From Bacteroidota bacterium (lineage in GTDB: Bacteria > Bacteroidota > Bacteroidia > Chitinophagales > LD1): a DNA stretch of 64,000 bases. The notes beneath the pieces were generated by a model that ran no database searches, was not told where the DNA came from, and was given only the letters and a program-made list of their open reading frames with translations. Both the position numbers and the translations under genes were made by a program. Each line of letters opens with the position of its first letter. The stretch's first letter is position 1. The stretch is taken from the NCBI GenBank assembly GCA_026391075.1, contig JAPLES010000009.1:32828-96827 (forward strand), written 5' to 3'. Positions 20,314 to 29,354 of this stretch are shown here, piece by piece.

Positions 20314-20631
20314 CTAATACTTTGGCATAGACGGGTCAATTTGGTCGGCCCAGGCAAGAATGCCACCTTTCAAATTGTAGAGATTGGTATAGCCAAAGTT
20401 CTGTTCAAGATAATTACAAACGTTTCCGCTGCGCGCTCCGCTGCGGCAATGAATGATTACTGTTTTGTCTTTTGAAATTTTTGCCAAGTTATCAGGAACT
20501 TCACCCATAGGAATCAGTTCGCCTTTCAAATTGCAGATTTCAAATTCGTGTTCTTCGCGAACATCAATCAATTGAAAATCTTCTTTTGCATCCAACATGG
20601 CTTTTAATTCTAAAACTGTTTTCTCTTTCAT
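20314..20631 (-). CDS. rhodanese-like domain protein
   Basis: Active-site loop CRSGARS. ATG at 20631 (MKEKTVLELK) is preferred over the upstream-extended 20703 start, which runs through a repeat. Confidence 0.85.
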   Translation of the reverse strand: MKEKTVLELKAMLDAKEDFQLIDVREEHEFEICNLKGELIPMGEVPDNLAKISKDKTVIIHCRSGARSGNVCNYLEQNFGYTNLYNLKGGILAWADQIDPSMPKY

Positions 20632-20649
20632 AATTTTTAGTTTCTGGCT

Positions 20650-20715
20650 ACGAGTTTCTCGTTGCGGGTTAAAAATACAAAACTCGTAACCCGTAACAAG
20701 CAACGCATAACTTTA
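20650..20715. repeat. inverted heptamer repeats (acgagtt tctcgtt gcgggtt ... aactcgt aacccgt aacaagc aacgcat aacttta) between cysN and the rhodanese gene
   Basis: Read directly. 20681-20694 is the exact reverse complement of 26600-26613, which lies inside a T9SS CTD. Confidence 0.75.
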
Positions 20716-22014
20716 GTCAATAATCATACATGCACCCACGGTTACATTCGTTCCTTCATCAATCAAAATAAAACTTCCTGTATCGCGATTTTTGGTGTAC
20801 GCATCGTAACACAAAGGCGCTGTTGTTCGAATAGAGATTCTACCCACATCATTCATTCCAATACTGGGGTTTTCGGTAATGCGATGTTGTGTATTGATGT
20901 CGAGTTTGTACTTTATTTCTTTCACCACTGCGCGCGCATCTTTCGTAGTGTGTTTCAAAAAATATTTCCCATTGAGTTGAATTGGCTTGTCGCTCATCCA
21001 ACAAACCATCGCTTCAATATCTTGCGATTGCTTCGGCAAATTTCCTTCGCGCACTAACATATCACCCCGCGAAATATCAATATCATCTTCGAGTTGAATA
21101 GTAACCGATAGCGGAGCAAAAGCTTCCTCCATTTCTTTACCATCAAGTTCAACCGATTTTACTTTCGAAGAAAAGCCAGAAGGCATTACCGTCACTTTAT
21201 CGCCTTTGCGAATTACTCCACTTGCAATTCTTCCCGCGTATCCGCGGTAATCATGAAACTCATCGCTGTACGGACGCACGACATACTGCACCGGAAAACG
21301 CATATCAATATGATTGATGTCGCTAGCGATGTGAATGTTTTCGAGCAGATACATTAATGTAACTCCTTCGTACCATTTCATTTTGTCGGAACGGTGCACC
21401 ACGTTATCGCCATTCAAGGCAGAAATAGGAATGAAATGAATGTCTCTAGTTTTTAATCGCGTAGCGAATTCGCGAAACTCTGCAACAATTTTGTTGTAAA
21501 CAGCTTCATCGTAATTCACCAAATCCATTTTGTTTACGCAAAGTGCAATGTGTGGAATACCGAGTAGTGATGCGATAATTGAATGGCGTTTTGTTTGCTC
21601 CACAATTCCTTGTCGAGCATCAACAAGAATTATTGCAAGGTTTGCGGTGCTTGCACCGGTAACCATGTTGCGCGTATACTGAATGTGCCCGGGCGTATCG
21701 GCAATAATGAATTTTCTTTTAGGCGTAGAAAAATATCTGTATGCTACATCAATAGTAATTCCCTGTTCACGTTCAGCTTTTAAACCATCGGTAAACAAGG
21801 CAAGATTCACAGTAGTTTCTCCTCTTCGTTCAGAAGTTGCTCTTATATTTTCGTACTGGTCTTCGAAAATTGATTTGCTATCGTAAAGCAATCTTCCAAT
21901 CAAAGTTGATTTGCCGTCATCTACGCTTCCTGCCGTTGTAAAGCGCAACAACTCCATATTCAAATAACTTTTTGAATCAAATTTTTCTGCTGTGTCTGTC
22001 ATTGTATTTTGCAT
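20713..22014 (-). CDS. cysN: sulfate adenylyltransferase subunit 1 (GTPase subunit)
   Basis: GSVDDGKSTLIGRLL, DTPGH and NKMD GTPase motifs. Start taken at ATG 22014 (MQNTM); 22002 is also possible. The 22050 extension runs through repeats. Confidence 0.9.
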   Translation of the reverse strand: MQNTMTDTAEKFDSKSYLNMELLRFTTAGSVDDGKSTLIGRLLYDSKSIFEDQYENIRATSERRGETTVNLALFTDGLKAEREQGITIDVAYRYFSTPKRKFIIADTPGHIQYTRNMVTGASTANLAIILVDARQGIVEQTKRHSIIASLLGIPHIALCVNKMDLVNYDEAVYNKIVAEFREFATRLKTRDIHFIPISALNGDNVVHRSDKMKWYEGVTLMYLLENIHIASDINHIDMRFPVQYVVRPYSDEFHDYRGYAGRIASGVIRKGDKVTVMPSGFSSKVKSVELDGKEMEEAFAPLSVTIQLEDDIDISRGDMLVREGNLPKQSQDIEAMVCWMSDKPIQLNGKYFLKHTTKDARAVVKEIKYKLDINTQHRITENPSIGMNDVGRISIRTTAPLCYDAYTKNRDTGSFILIDEGTNVTVGACMIID

Positions 22015-22053
22015 TTCAATTTTCAAATTATCACATTCTCGAATTTTCAAATT
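22014..22053. repeat. octamer tandem repeat filling the cysD-cysN spacer (tttcaatt ttcaaatt atcacatt ctcgaatt ttcaaatt)
   Basis: Read directly. 22035-22053 is an exact 19-mer copy of 12188-12206. Confidence 0.8.
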
Positions 22054-22056
22054 GTT

Positions 22057-22959
22057 TTAGAAATATCCTTCCTTCTTTCTGTCTTCCATTGAGCTTTCGC
22101 TTCGCTTATCATCTGCTCTTCCTCCGCGCTCTGTTGTTCTTGAACTTGCCACTTCCTGAATAATATCATCAAGTGTTGAAGCAGTAGAAAACGTAGCACC
22201 GGTTGAAGTGATGTCGCCAATGGTTCTGAAACGCACCACTTGTTCTTCTGCTTTTTCATTTGGCTTCATTGGAATAAATGGAGAATCGGCCAGCCATGTT
22301 CCATCGCGATTGAAAACTTTTCGCTTATGCGAAAAATAAAGTGAAGGCATTTCAATTCCCTCCATTGCCAAATATTGCCACACATCTAATTCCGTCCAAT
22401 TTGAAATTGGAAACACACGAAAATTTTCACCTACGTGCATTCTTCCGTTGAACAAATTCCAAAGTTCAGGTCGTTGATTTTTTGGATCCCATTGGCCGAA
22501 CTCATCACGGTGAGAAAAGAAACGTTCCTTGGCGCGCGCCTTTTCTTCATCGCGTCTGGCACCGCCCATGCAACAATCGAATTTATATTTCTCAATCGTG
22601 TCGAGTAGTGTAGTTGTTTGCAAACGAATGCGCGAAGCGTTGTATCCTTTTTCTTCGGCAACTCTTCCAGTATCAATTGATTCCTGCACAGAACCAACGA
22701 GCAATTTAACTCCGAGTTTTTTTACGAGTGAATCTCTGTAATCGATTGTCTCCTGAAAATTATGTTCCGTATCTACATGCACTAAGGGAAAAGGGATAGC
22801 AGCGGGGTAGAAAGCTTTTTTAGCTAAGTAAGTAACCAGAATAGAATCCTTTCCTCCACTAAAAAGTATAGCGGGATTTTGAAACTGTGCAGCCACTTCA
22901 CGCAGAATAAAAATAGATTCAGCTTCGAGGGTTTTGAGATGATTAAGTGTATAGGACAT
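22057..22959 (-). CDS. cysD: sulfate adenylyltransferase subunit 2
   Basis: PAPS-reductase fold motifs (LFSGGKDS, GGARRDEEKARAKERFFS). ATG at 22959 (MSYTLNHLKTLEAE). Confidence 0.93.
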   Translation of the reverse strand: MSYTLNHLKTLEAESIFILREVAAQFQNPAILFSGGKDSILVTYLAKKAFYPAAIPFPLVHVDTEHNFQETIDYRDSLVKKLGVKLLVGSVQESIDTGRVAEEKGYNASRIRLQTTTLLDTIEKYKFDCCMGGARRDEEKARAKERFFSHRDEFGQWDPKNQRPELWNLFNGRMHVGENFRVFPISNWTELDVWQYLAMEGIEMPSLYFSHKRKVFNRDGTWLADSPFIPMKPNEKAEEQVVRFRTIGDITSTGATFSTASTLDDIIQEVASSRTTERGGRADDKRSESSMEDRKKEGYF

Positions 22960-22964
22960 CCTTG

Positions 22965-22999
22965 ATTGAAAATTTAAGATTGGAAATTTAAGATTGGAA
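22965..22999. repeat. heptamer tandem repeat (attgaaa atttaag attggaa atttaag attggaa) at the cysC-cysD junction
   Basis: Read directly. It supplies the last codons of cysC (…IPILNFQS) and the cysC-cysD spacer. Confidence 0.8.
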
Positions 23000-23582
23000 T
23001 ACAAAACTCTATAACTTCTAGCACACTTTCATTTACCGATTTGTTTTGTGTTCGAATTTCCAAATCGGATTTTGCGGGAATTTCAAATGGCGCATTTACA
23101 CCCGTAAAATCTTTTATTTCTCCTTTACGTGCTTTGGCATACAATCCTTTCACATCGCGGTTCTCGCATTCCTCCATTGATGTGTTCACGAATATTTCTA
23201 CAAAATCAATTTCGCCAATAATTGTGCGCGCAAGATTTCTGATTTCTTCGGTAGGAGAAACAAAACAACAAATCACAACCACTCCATTTTGCAAAAATAA
23301 TTTTGCCACTTCTGCAATTCTGCGAATGTTTTCTTTTCGGTCTTCTTCGCTAAATCCAAGATTGTTGTTGATTCCCATGCGAACATTATCGCCATCTAAC
23401 ACTACCGAAAAAAAACCTTTCGCATGAAGTTCTTCTTCCAAGCCTTTTGCAATGGTGCTTTTGCCCGAACCACTTAAGCCGGTGAACCATAAAACTTTGG
23501 CGTGCTGATTCAATAATTGCTCCTTGCTTTCGCGCGGTAGCAACTGGTTGATCGGATGAATATTTTCTGATTTCGTATTCAT
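22974..23582 (-). CDS. cysC: adenylylsulfate (APS) kinase
   Basis: P-loop GLSGSGKST, LDGDNVR and FSEEDRKENIRR motifs. Confidence 0.93.
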   Translation of the reverse strand: MNTKSENIHPINQLLPRESKEQLLNQHAKVLWFTGLSGSGKSTIAKGLEEELHAKGFFSVVLDGDNVRMGINNNLGFSEEDRKENIRRIAEVAKLFLQNGVVVICCFVSPTEEIRNLARTIIGEIDFVEIFVNTSMEECENRDVKGLYAKARKGEIKDFTGVNAPFEIPAKSDLEIRTQNKSVNESVLEVIEFCIPILNFQS

Positions 23583-23683
23583 AGAAATGGAGGGCGAATA
23601 TAGAATTTCCCTTTTAATCTATAAGGTTTGTAGGGAATACAGAAATATGACGACATCACAAGTAGTTTTATATTGCACATACC

Positions 23684-25066
23684 ATGAGTTACCTGCTCGA
23701 CTTTGTAAAGTCTTTTGACGAAAACGAACTGAAACAATTCCGCAAACTTGATTTGATTGGAAAGGAAGAATTGCTGCGCGATGAATACGCCAATCATGCA
23801 TCGAAGAAAGATTTCAGTGAGACAAATCTTGTTTCAAAGTATAAACTTACGCAAAGTCATTTCGATAAAATTAATTCTGTTGTTCTAGATAAAACCATTG
23901 CGCAGTTTTATGATGATGATTACAACAAAGCGTTTAGCAGCATCCTGATGAAAGGACTAACAGACCTGATGTTGCACGAGCAAAAAATTATTGAACGCAG
24001 AATTTTAAAAACGGTAAACGGGTCGGAGAAAACAAAATTCTATAAAGCGGCTTTTGAAAATTTGCGGAGCATGTTTCATCCGAAATACAATTCGAAACTA
24101 ACACATGAATACGGAAAGAAGTATTTGAACTCGCTGGGCAAAAAGAGAACTTTGACAGATGAAAGTTATGTAGCTATGCTTTCGCTTTACGGAGATATTA
24201 TTTCAGAAAAATTTGCCGGTAACGAGGCCATCTACTTTTCACAAGCCGAGGCTGTTTTAAAAAAATGGGAGAAAAAAATTCTTGCAACAAAAAACTCATC
24301 CGCGCATTTCTACTATTATTTTGTATTTGCAACGTGCCACAAACATTTGGCAGAAACCGGTAAAGAAATGTTGCCCGCATACCACTTAGCACTGAAAGCT
24401 ATTGAACAAAATTCTTCGGGGGTAGAAGAAAAATTTAAAGGCATTACGCTTTGCGAAATTGGTTTTGGAAATATTGAAAGCAACAATTTTAAAACCGCAC
24501 AGGAATTTTACGAGCGCGGCTTGAATGAATATCCCGATACTGTTGGTAAGAGCCATTATCATGGAGGAAATTATTTCTGCGTTTGCTTAATCAATAAGGA
24601 TTACGAAAAAGCGCAACGGGCTTTCGAAAAATATTTATTGCCAAGAATTCAACCTGGCACAAATCGTTCGGTTTTGTTCGATATGTATATGATGGGAAGC
24701 CTGCTGAATCTTCACCGCAAAAATTATGATGAGGCGTTTCGTTACCTAAACTAATTGTTGAAATACCGCAAAAACGAAATCACGCATTTTGGTGTAGCGA
24801 TGATGCGCATTTACGAGTGTGTTTATTTCTATCGCACCGAAGAATTTTCGGTTGCTTCTGCGCTGGTGAAAAAGAATTTGAAATTTTTAACCAAGGAAGT
24901 GGGCGGCAATCCCGGGTTTGAATACTTCTTACTTTATGTTGATTCTATAGGTAAACTCATCAAGCTAAAACAAAACACACTCCGCTCTCCCGAAAAACTG
25001 CAACAGCAAATTGCTTCGTTGCAAAAAGGAATTTATACAGTGTTCAACCGATTGCTCGAAGATTAA
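23684..25066 (+). pseudogene. all-alpha TPR-like hypothetical protein interrupted by one in-frame TAA at 24752-24754
   Basis: ORFs 23684..24754 and 24755..25066 share a frame and abut. Combined length (459 aa) and layout resemble the intact 483-aa protein at 31560..33011. Confidence 0.55.
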
Positions 25067-25069
25067 TTC

Positions 25070-25099
25070 TTCCCTTTTCGAATTTTCCCTTTTCGCATT
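25070..25099. repeat. 2 x 15-nt direct repeat (ttcccttttcgaatt ttcccttttcgcatt)
   Basis: Read directly, immediately after the stop at 25064-25066. Confidence 0.7.
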
Positions 25100-25183
25100 C
25101 ATTCTTACTCAAATCGTTTCTCCCCTGTCAAGCTGAATTCTTTTGCGGTGTAAATAATTATTAACCAAAAAACATTTAGCAAA

Positions 25184-26782
25184 ATGAAAACAAAATTTAC
25201 ACTCGTGACAATGCTCATAGCGGCATTCTTCACACAAGCACAAACGCCAGCCATGGTAAAAGACATCAACAGCGGTTCTGGCGGTTCCAACACCACCGCT
25301 TTGATTGATGTAAACGGAACACTTTTTTTAAGAGCCAGTGATGGCACCAACGGTAACGAGCTTTGGAAAAGCAATGGTACCGATGCCGGAACGGTGATGG
25401 TCAAAAACATTGACCCGACCACGAACGGTTCTGCTTCGGGTCAGTACACCAATGTAAACGGCACTTTATTTTTCCACGCCAACGATGGCACACACGGTAA
25501 AGAACTTTGGAAGAGTGATGGAACTGATGCAGGAACTGTGTTGGTTAAAGACATTTCTTTTGGCTTAGGTGATACCGATTTGGAATTTTTGGTGAACGTA
25601 AATGGCATTTGTGTTTTTCAGATTAACGGTGAGGAACTTTGGAGAAGTGACGGCACTGATGCCGGAACATACATGCTCATGGCTCCAAGTATCAATACCG
25701 GAATAGGGTTTAATGTGCGCACCGATTTCTGTGTGATGAATGGCATTATGTTTTTTCAAGGTGAAGACACGACCAATGGCGATGAACTTTGGAAAACAGA
25801 TGGCACCACTGCAGGAACAGTTTTAGTCAAGGATATTAAACCGGGAATCGATGGCTCAGGACCAGAATATTTTAAAGAAGTAAACGGCACCATGTTTTTT
25901 AGTGCGAAAGATGCAAGTGGTTATGGTATATGGAAAAGCGATGGAACAAATCCAGGAACTGTTTTAGTAGCAAATTTGCCCGAGCCATTTGGCTTTAATG
26001 GCGGTGCAACTCAGTTAACCAACGTAAACGGAACTTTGTTTTACACGGCTTCTGACCAATTTGTAAATGGATTTGAATTATGGAAAAGTGATGGAACAGC
26101 AGCAGGAACTGTCTTGGTAAAAGATATCAATCCCGGCACACCTGATTCTGGTCCCGGTTTATTAACTAATGTAAACGGTACACTTTTTTTCACAGCCACT
26201 GATGGCACTAACGGAAATGAACTTTGGAAGAGTGATGGCACTTCAGCAGGAACGGTAATGGTGAAAAACTTAGACGCACTGTATTCAGATTTTACCAACG
26301 CTAACGGCACACTTTATTTTGTAGCATTGGTTTCGAGCAGCGGCTCTGAACTTTGGAAGAGTGACGGAACTGATGCCGGCACAACTATAGTGGCAGATAT
26401 TATGCCTGGTGTGCAATCTTCATTACCCGCATCGCTTACTGTTGTTGGTACTAATTTGTTTTTTGTAGCTAACGATGGCACACACGGCAAAGAACTTTGG
26501 AATATCAGCGGTTTGCCTTCGGCAATTGAAGAAGAAAAAACAGTTTCAACCTTCACTCTTTTTCCAAATCCTGTTGCAAAGAGTTTCGAGTTGCGGATTA
26601 CGGGTTACGAGTTGAATACAGAAATGCAATTACAAATTTTTGATTTGGCAGGAAAACTAATTCGTTCAGAAAAAATTTCTTCTAATCGAATTGATGTTTC
26701 GGAACTGGCAAATGGATTTTACACTTTGTCCTTAAACACAAACGGTAAAAGTCAACAACAAAAATTTATAGTTCAACACTAA
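25184..26782 (+). CDS. ELWxxDGT-repeat protein with T9SS C-terminal domain
   Basis: Signal peptide, about 11 repeats of NG(T/N)LFF...DG.(H/N)G.ELWKSDGT.AGT, and C-terminal LFPNPVAKSFELRI...GFYTLSL. Confidence 0.85.
   Translation: MKTKFTLVTMLIAAFFTQAQTPAMVKDINSGSGGSNTTALIDVNGTLFLRASDGTNGNELWKSNGTDAGTVMVKNIDPTTNGSASGQYTNVNGTLFFHANDGTHGKELWKSDGTDAGTVLVKDISFGLGDTDLEFLVNVNGICVFQINGEELWRSDGTDAGTYMLMAPSINTGIGFNVRTDFCVMNGIMFFQGEDTTNGDELWKTDGTTAGTVLVKDIKPGIDGSGPEYFKEVNGTMFFSAKDASGYGIWKSDGTNPGTVLVANLPEPFGFNGGATQLTNVNGTLFYTASDQFVNGFELWKSDGTAAGTVLVKDINPGTPDSGPGLLTNVNGTLFFTATDGTNGNELWKSDGTSAGTVMVKNLDALYSDFTNANGTLYFVALVSSSGSELWKSDGTDAGTTIVADIMPGVQSSLPASLTVVGTNLFFVANDGTHGKELWNISGLPSAIEEEKTVSTFTLFPNPVAKSFELRITGYELNTEMQLQIFDLAGKLIRSEKISSNRIDVSELANGFYTLSLNTNGKSQQQKFIVQH
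26582..26616. repeat. heptamer tandem repeat (agtttcg agttgcg gattacg ggttacg agttgaa) inside T9SS CTD codons
   Basis: Five 7-nt units read directly; they encode SFELRITGYELN. Confidence 0.8.
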
Positions 26783-26823
26783 TTCTTCATGAAGCAATAA
26801 GAATTTGATTTCTATTGCTAAAG

Positions 26824-26857
26824 CGGAAGTTGGTGAAAGCCACTTCCGTTTTTTTAT
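26824..26857 (+). terminator. rho-independent terminator
   Basis: cggaagt(t)gg pairs with ccacttccg (one bulge), followed by a T-run. Confidence 0.55.
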
Positions 26858-26908
26858 TTGCGTTTGTTGAAGAAGAAGTTTTACTTTTCATCCATAAAAT
26901 ATTAACTC

Positions 26909-28177
26909 ATGAAGCAACTTCTACTATCTATCGCAGTTCTTCTTTCGCTTTCTCTCTTTGCACAAATTACTCAACCGCTACAACCCGATTTTGGACCGGG
27001 CGGTAACAGCTATACGAACGGAGGTGTTACGCAATATGATTATGGCACCAATGGAAACGGAGAAGATTTTTGGTTGTATGAACCAAACACGCCAACTCCT
27101 GATTCGGCAAACGTGGTGGTGTTCATTCACGGTCTTGGCGAAACCAATCCGAAACTTTACGGAGCGTTCATTAAGCATTTGGTACGCAAAGGAAATATTG
27201 TGATTTATCCACGCTACCAGCGAACTTTAGATTTTGCCGCGCAAATTGTCAGCTATAACGACAGTTGCGCCAAGGGAATTCAACGTGCGTTAGATACTAT
27301 TCAACAAGCAGGTCATGTGAAAGGCAGAAGAGAAAAATTTTTCCTGCTCGGTCACTCTGTAGGAGGTGTGCTTACCGCAGATATGGCCATGCTTTATGCG
27401 CAATATGGTTTGCCAAAACCGCTCAGTGCATTTTCTATGCAACCGGGGGCCGCTAATTATTTAATGAGCGATTACTCTTCGTTTCCTTCTGATATTCCGT
27501 ATTTAATTTTGGTTAGTCAAGATGATGCGGTGGTGGCCACAGCACCAGGTACTACCATCTTTAACCAATCGGTTAATGCGCCAACCTCACATAAAAATTT
27601 GGTGCACACATATAGCGATAGTCACGGCTCGCCTGGAATTACCGCTACACATTTTGACCCATTAGCCGGTGACGCTGCTTTTGATAATGGAGAAACAAAT
27701 TTGTTTATCAGTCTTTCGGGCAATGGACCCGTTGATGCATTTGATTATTACTGCACTTGGAAACTACAAGATGCGTTGATGGATTGCGCGTTGCACAACC
27801 AAAATTGTGAATACGCTTTTGGAGATACACCTGAACAACACGGCTTGGGAAATTGGAGCGATGGAACACCGGTACGCGTTTTGGAAATTACTCCGCAAGC
27901 TGTTTTGGGAATTAATGATTCGAAAAATGAAATTTCAGTTTCTGTTTTTCCCAATCCTTCGAAGGGAAATTATGAATTGCGAATTACGAATTACGAAATG
28001 AAACAACTTATAAAATTTGACTTGTATGATGTAAGGGGAGCGTTGTTGGAGCAAAAAGAAATTCAATCTTCAGTCTTCAATTTTCAATCTTCAATCCTTA
28101 GTAGCGGTATTTATTTTTATCAATTGAAAAATTCTTCAAACGAAATTTTGAAGAGCGGAAAATTGGTAGTAGAATAA
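26909..28177 (+). CDS. secreted alpha/beta-hydrolase with T9SS C-terminal domain
   Basis: Signal peptide, GHSVGG nucleophile elbow, and C-terminal VFPNPSKGNYELRI...GIYFYQL. Confidence 0.75.
   Translation: MKQLLLSIAVLLSLSLFAQITQPLQPDFGPGGNSYTNGGVTQYDYGTNGNGEDFWLYEPNTPTPDSANVVVFIHGLGETNPKLYGAFIKHLVRKGNIVIYPRYQRTLDFAAQIVSYNDSCAKGIQRALDTIQQAGHVKGRREKFFLLGHSVGGVLTADMAMLYAQYGLPKPLSAFSMQPGAANYLMSDYSSFPSDIPYLILVSQDDAVVATAPGTTIFNQSVNAPTSHKNLVHTYSDSHGSPGITATHFDPLAGDAAFDNGETNLFISLSGNGPVDAFDYYCTWKLQDALMDCALHNQNCEYAFGDTPEQHGLGNWSDGTPVRVLEITPQAVLGINDSKNEISVSVFPNPSKGNYELRITNYEMKQLIKFDLYDVRGALLEQKEIQSSVFNFQSSILSSGIYFYQLKNSSNEILKSGKLVVE
27968..28002. repeat. heptamer tandem repeat (aattatg aattgcg aattacg aattacg aaatgaa) inside T9SS CTD codons
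   Basis: Five 7-nt units read directly; they encode NYELRITNYEMK. Confidence 0.85.
28061..28102. repeat. heptamer tandem repeat (attcaat cttcagt cttcaat tttcaat cttcaat ccttagt) inside the same T9SS CTD
   Basis: Six 7-nt units read directly; they encode IQSSVFNFQSSILS. Confidence 0.8.
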
Positions 28178-29341
28178 TTACGAGCTAATGGCGATGTAAC
28201 TCATCAACCCAATGCTTTCTTTCAAAGCATTTTCATCAATGTTGAATGTAGGGGTGTGAATGCCCGAAACAATTCCGAGTTTTTTATTTCCGACTCCTAG
28301 ACGGTAAAAACAAGCAGGAACATGATGTGTGTAATAAGCAAAGTCTTCACTGCCCATGCGCACGGGCAAATCCGTCACATTTTTCTTTCCAACAAATTCC
28401 TGTGAAAGCGCTTTTGCTTTTGCTGTTACTTCTTCATTGTTTACTAGAACTGGATAACCTTTGAGGATAGTTACCTCGCAGTGTGTCAAATATTTTTCGG
28501 TAATGCGGTGGCAAACAAATTCTATTTGCTTATGTAATTGAGTTCGTAAAGTTTCATCAAAGCAGCGAAGCGTACCGGCAATATCAACCACATCGGGAAC
28601 CACATTCGTTGCCCCCTTGCCTTCAATTTTTCCGAATGAAAGCACGACAGGAATTTGCGGATTGGTAAGTGATTTTAATTCCAATAAAATTTCAGCGGCA
28701 ATCAACAGCGGATTTTTCAACTCTTCAATTCGAGCAGCATGACCACCTTTGCCTATCACCTTCAAATAAACTTCATCACTGCTTGCCATAAATCTTCCTC
28801 CACAAAAACCAAAAGTGCCTGCTTCCAATTCTGGTGAAACATGCAAGCCAAAAATTTTATTTGGTTTCGGATTTTCAAGAACACCTGATTTAATCATCGC
28901 CTCAGCTCCGCTTGGAATTTTTTCTTCGCTTGGCTGAAAAATAAATTTGATGGTGCCTTCGATTTCGTTTTTCAATTCGGAAAGAATCATTGCCACACCA
29001 AGCAAATTGCTTGTATGCACATCATGACCGCAAGCGTGCATCACACCTGCATTTTTCGAGCAGTAATCAATTTTATTTTCTTCCTGGATGGGAAGCGCAT
29101 CCATATCAGCGCGTAATGCAATACATTTTGATTCCGGATTTTTGCCTCTCAAAATTCCAACCACTCCGTTCTTTGCCACTTTGGTTTGCACTTCAATTCC
29201 GCAACGCATCAATTCTTCCGCTACCAATTTCGAGGTTTCTTTTTCATCCCAACTCAATTCGGGATTGGAATGAATTTGCCTGCGCAATTCCACCACACGC
29301 GGAAAATATTTTTCGGAAAATGATTTGATTTTGTTTAGCAT
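28178..29341 (-). CDS. M20-family amidohydrolase (aminoacylase/hippurate hydrolase type)
   Basis: HACGHD metal site, FQPSEE, and a dimerisation insert. 387 aa. Confidence 0.88.
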   Translation of the reverse strand: MLNKIKSFSEKYFPRVVELRRQIHSNPELSWDEKETSKLVAEELMRCGIEVQTKVAKNGVVGILRGKNPESKCIALRADMDALPIQEENKIDYCSKNAGVMHACGHDVHTSNLLGVAMILSELKNEIEGTIKFIFQPSEEKIPSGAEAMIKSGVLENPKPNKIFGLHVSPELEAGTFGFCGGRFMASSDEVYLKVIGKGGHAARIEELKNPLLIAAEILLELKSLTNPQIPVVLSFGKIEGKGATNVVPDVVDIAGTLRCFDETLRTQLHKQIEFVCHRITEKYLTHCEVTILKGYPVLVNNEEVTAKAKALSQEFVGKKNVTDLPVRMGSEDFAYYTHHVPACFYRLGVGNKKLGIVSGIHTPTFNIDENALKESIGLMSYIAISS

Positions 29342-29354
29342 GGTTCAAATAAAG

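Noticed and set aside
5930-24754. TAA reassigned as a sense codon, as an explanation for the two in-frame TAA codons
   Set aside because: recA (1599-1601), the T9SS protein ending at 7873, cysN, cysD and others terminate at TAA at the lengths expected for their families. A global reassignment is therefore not tenable. Local readthrough cannot be judged from sequence.
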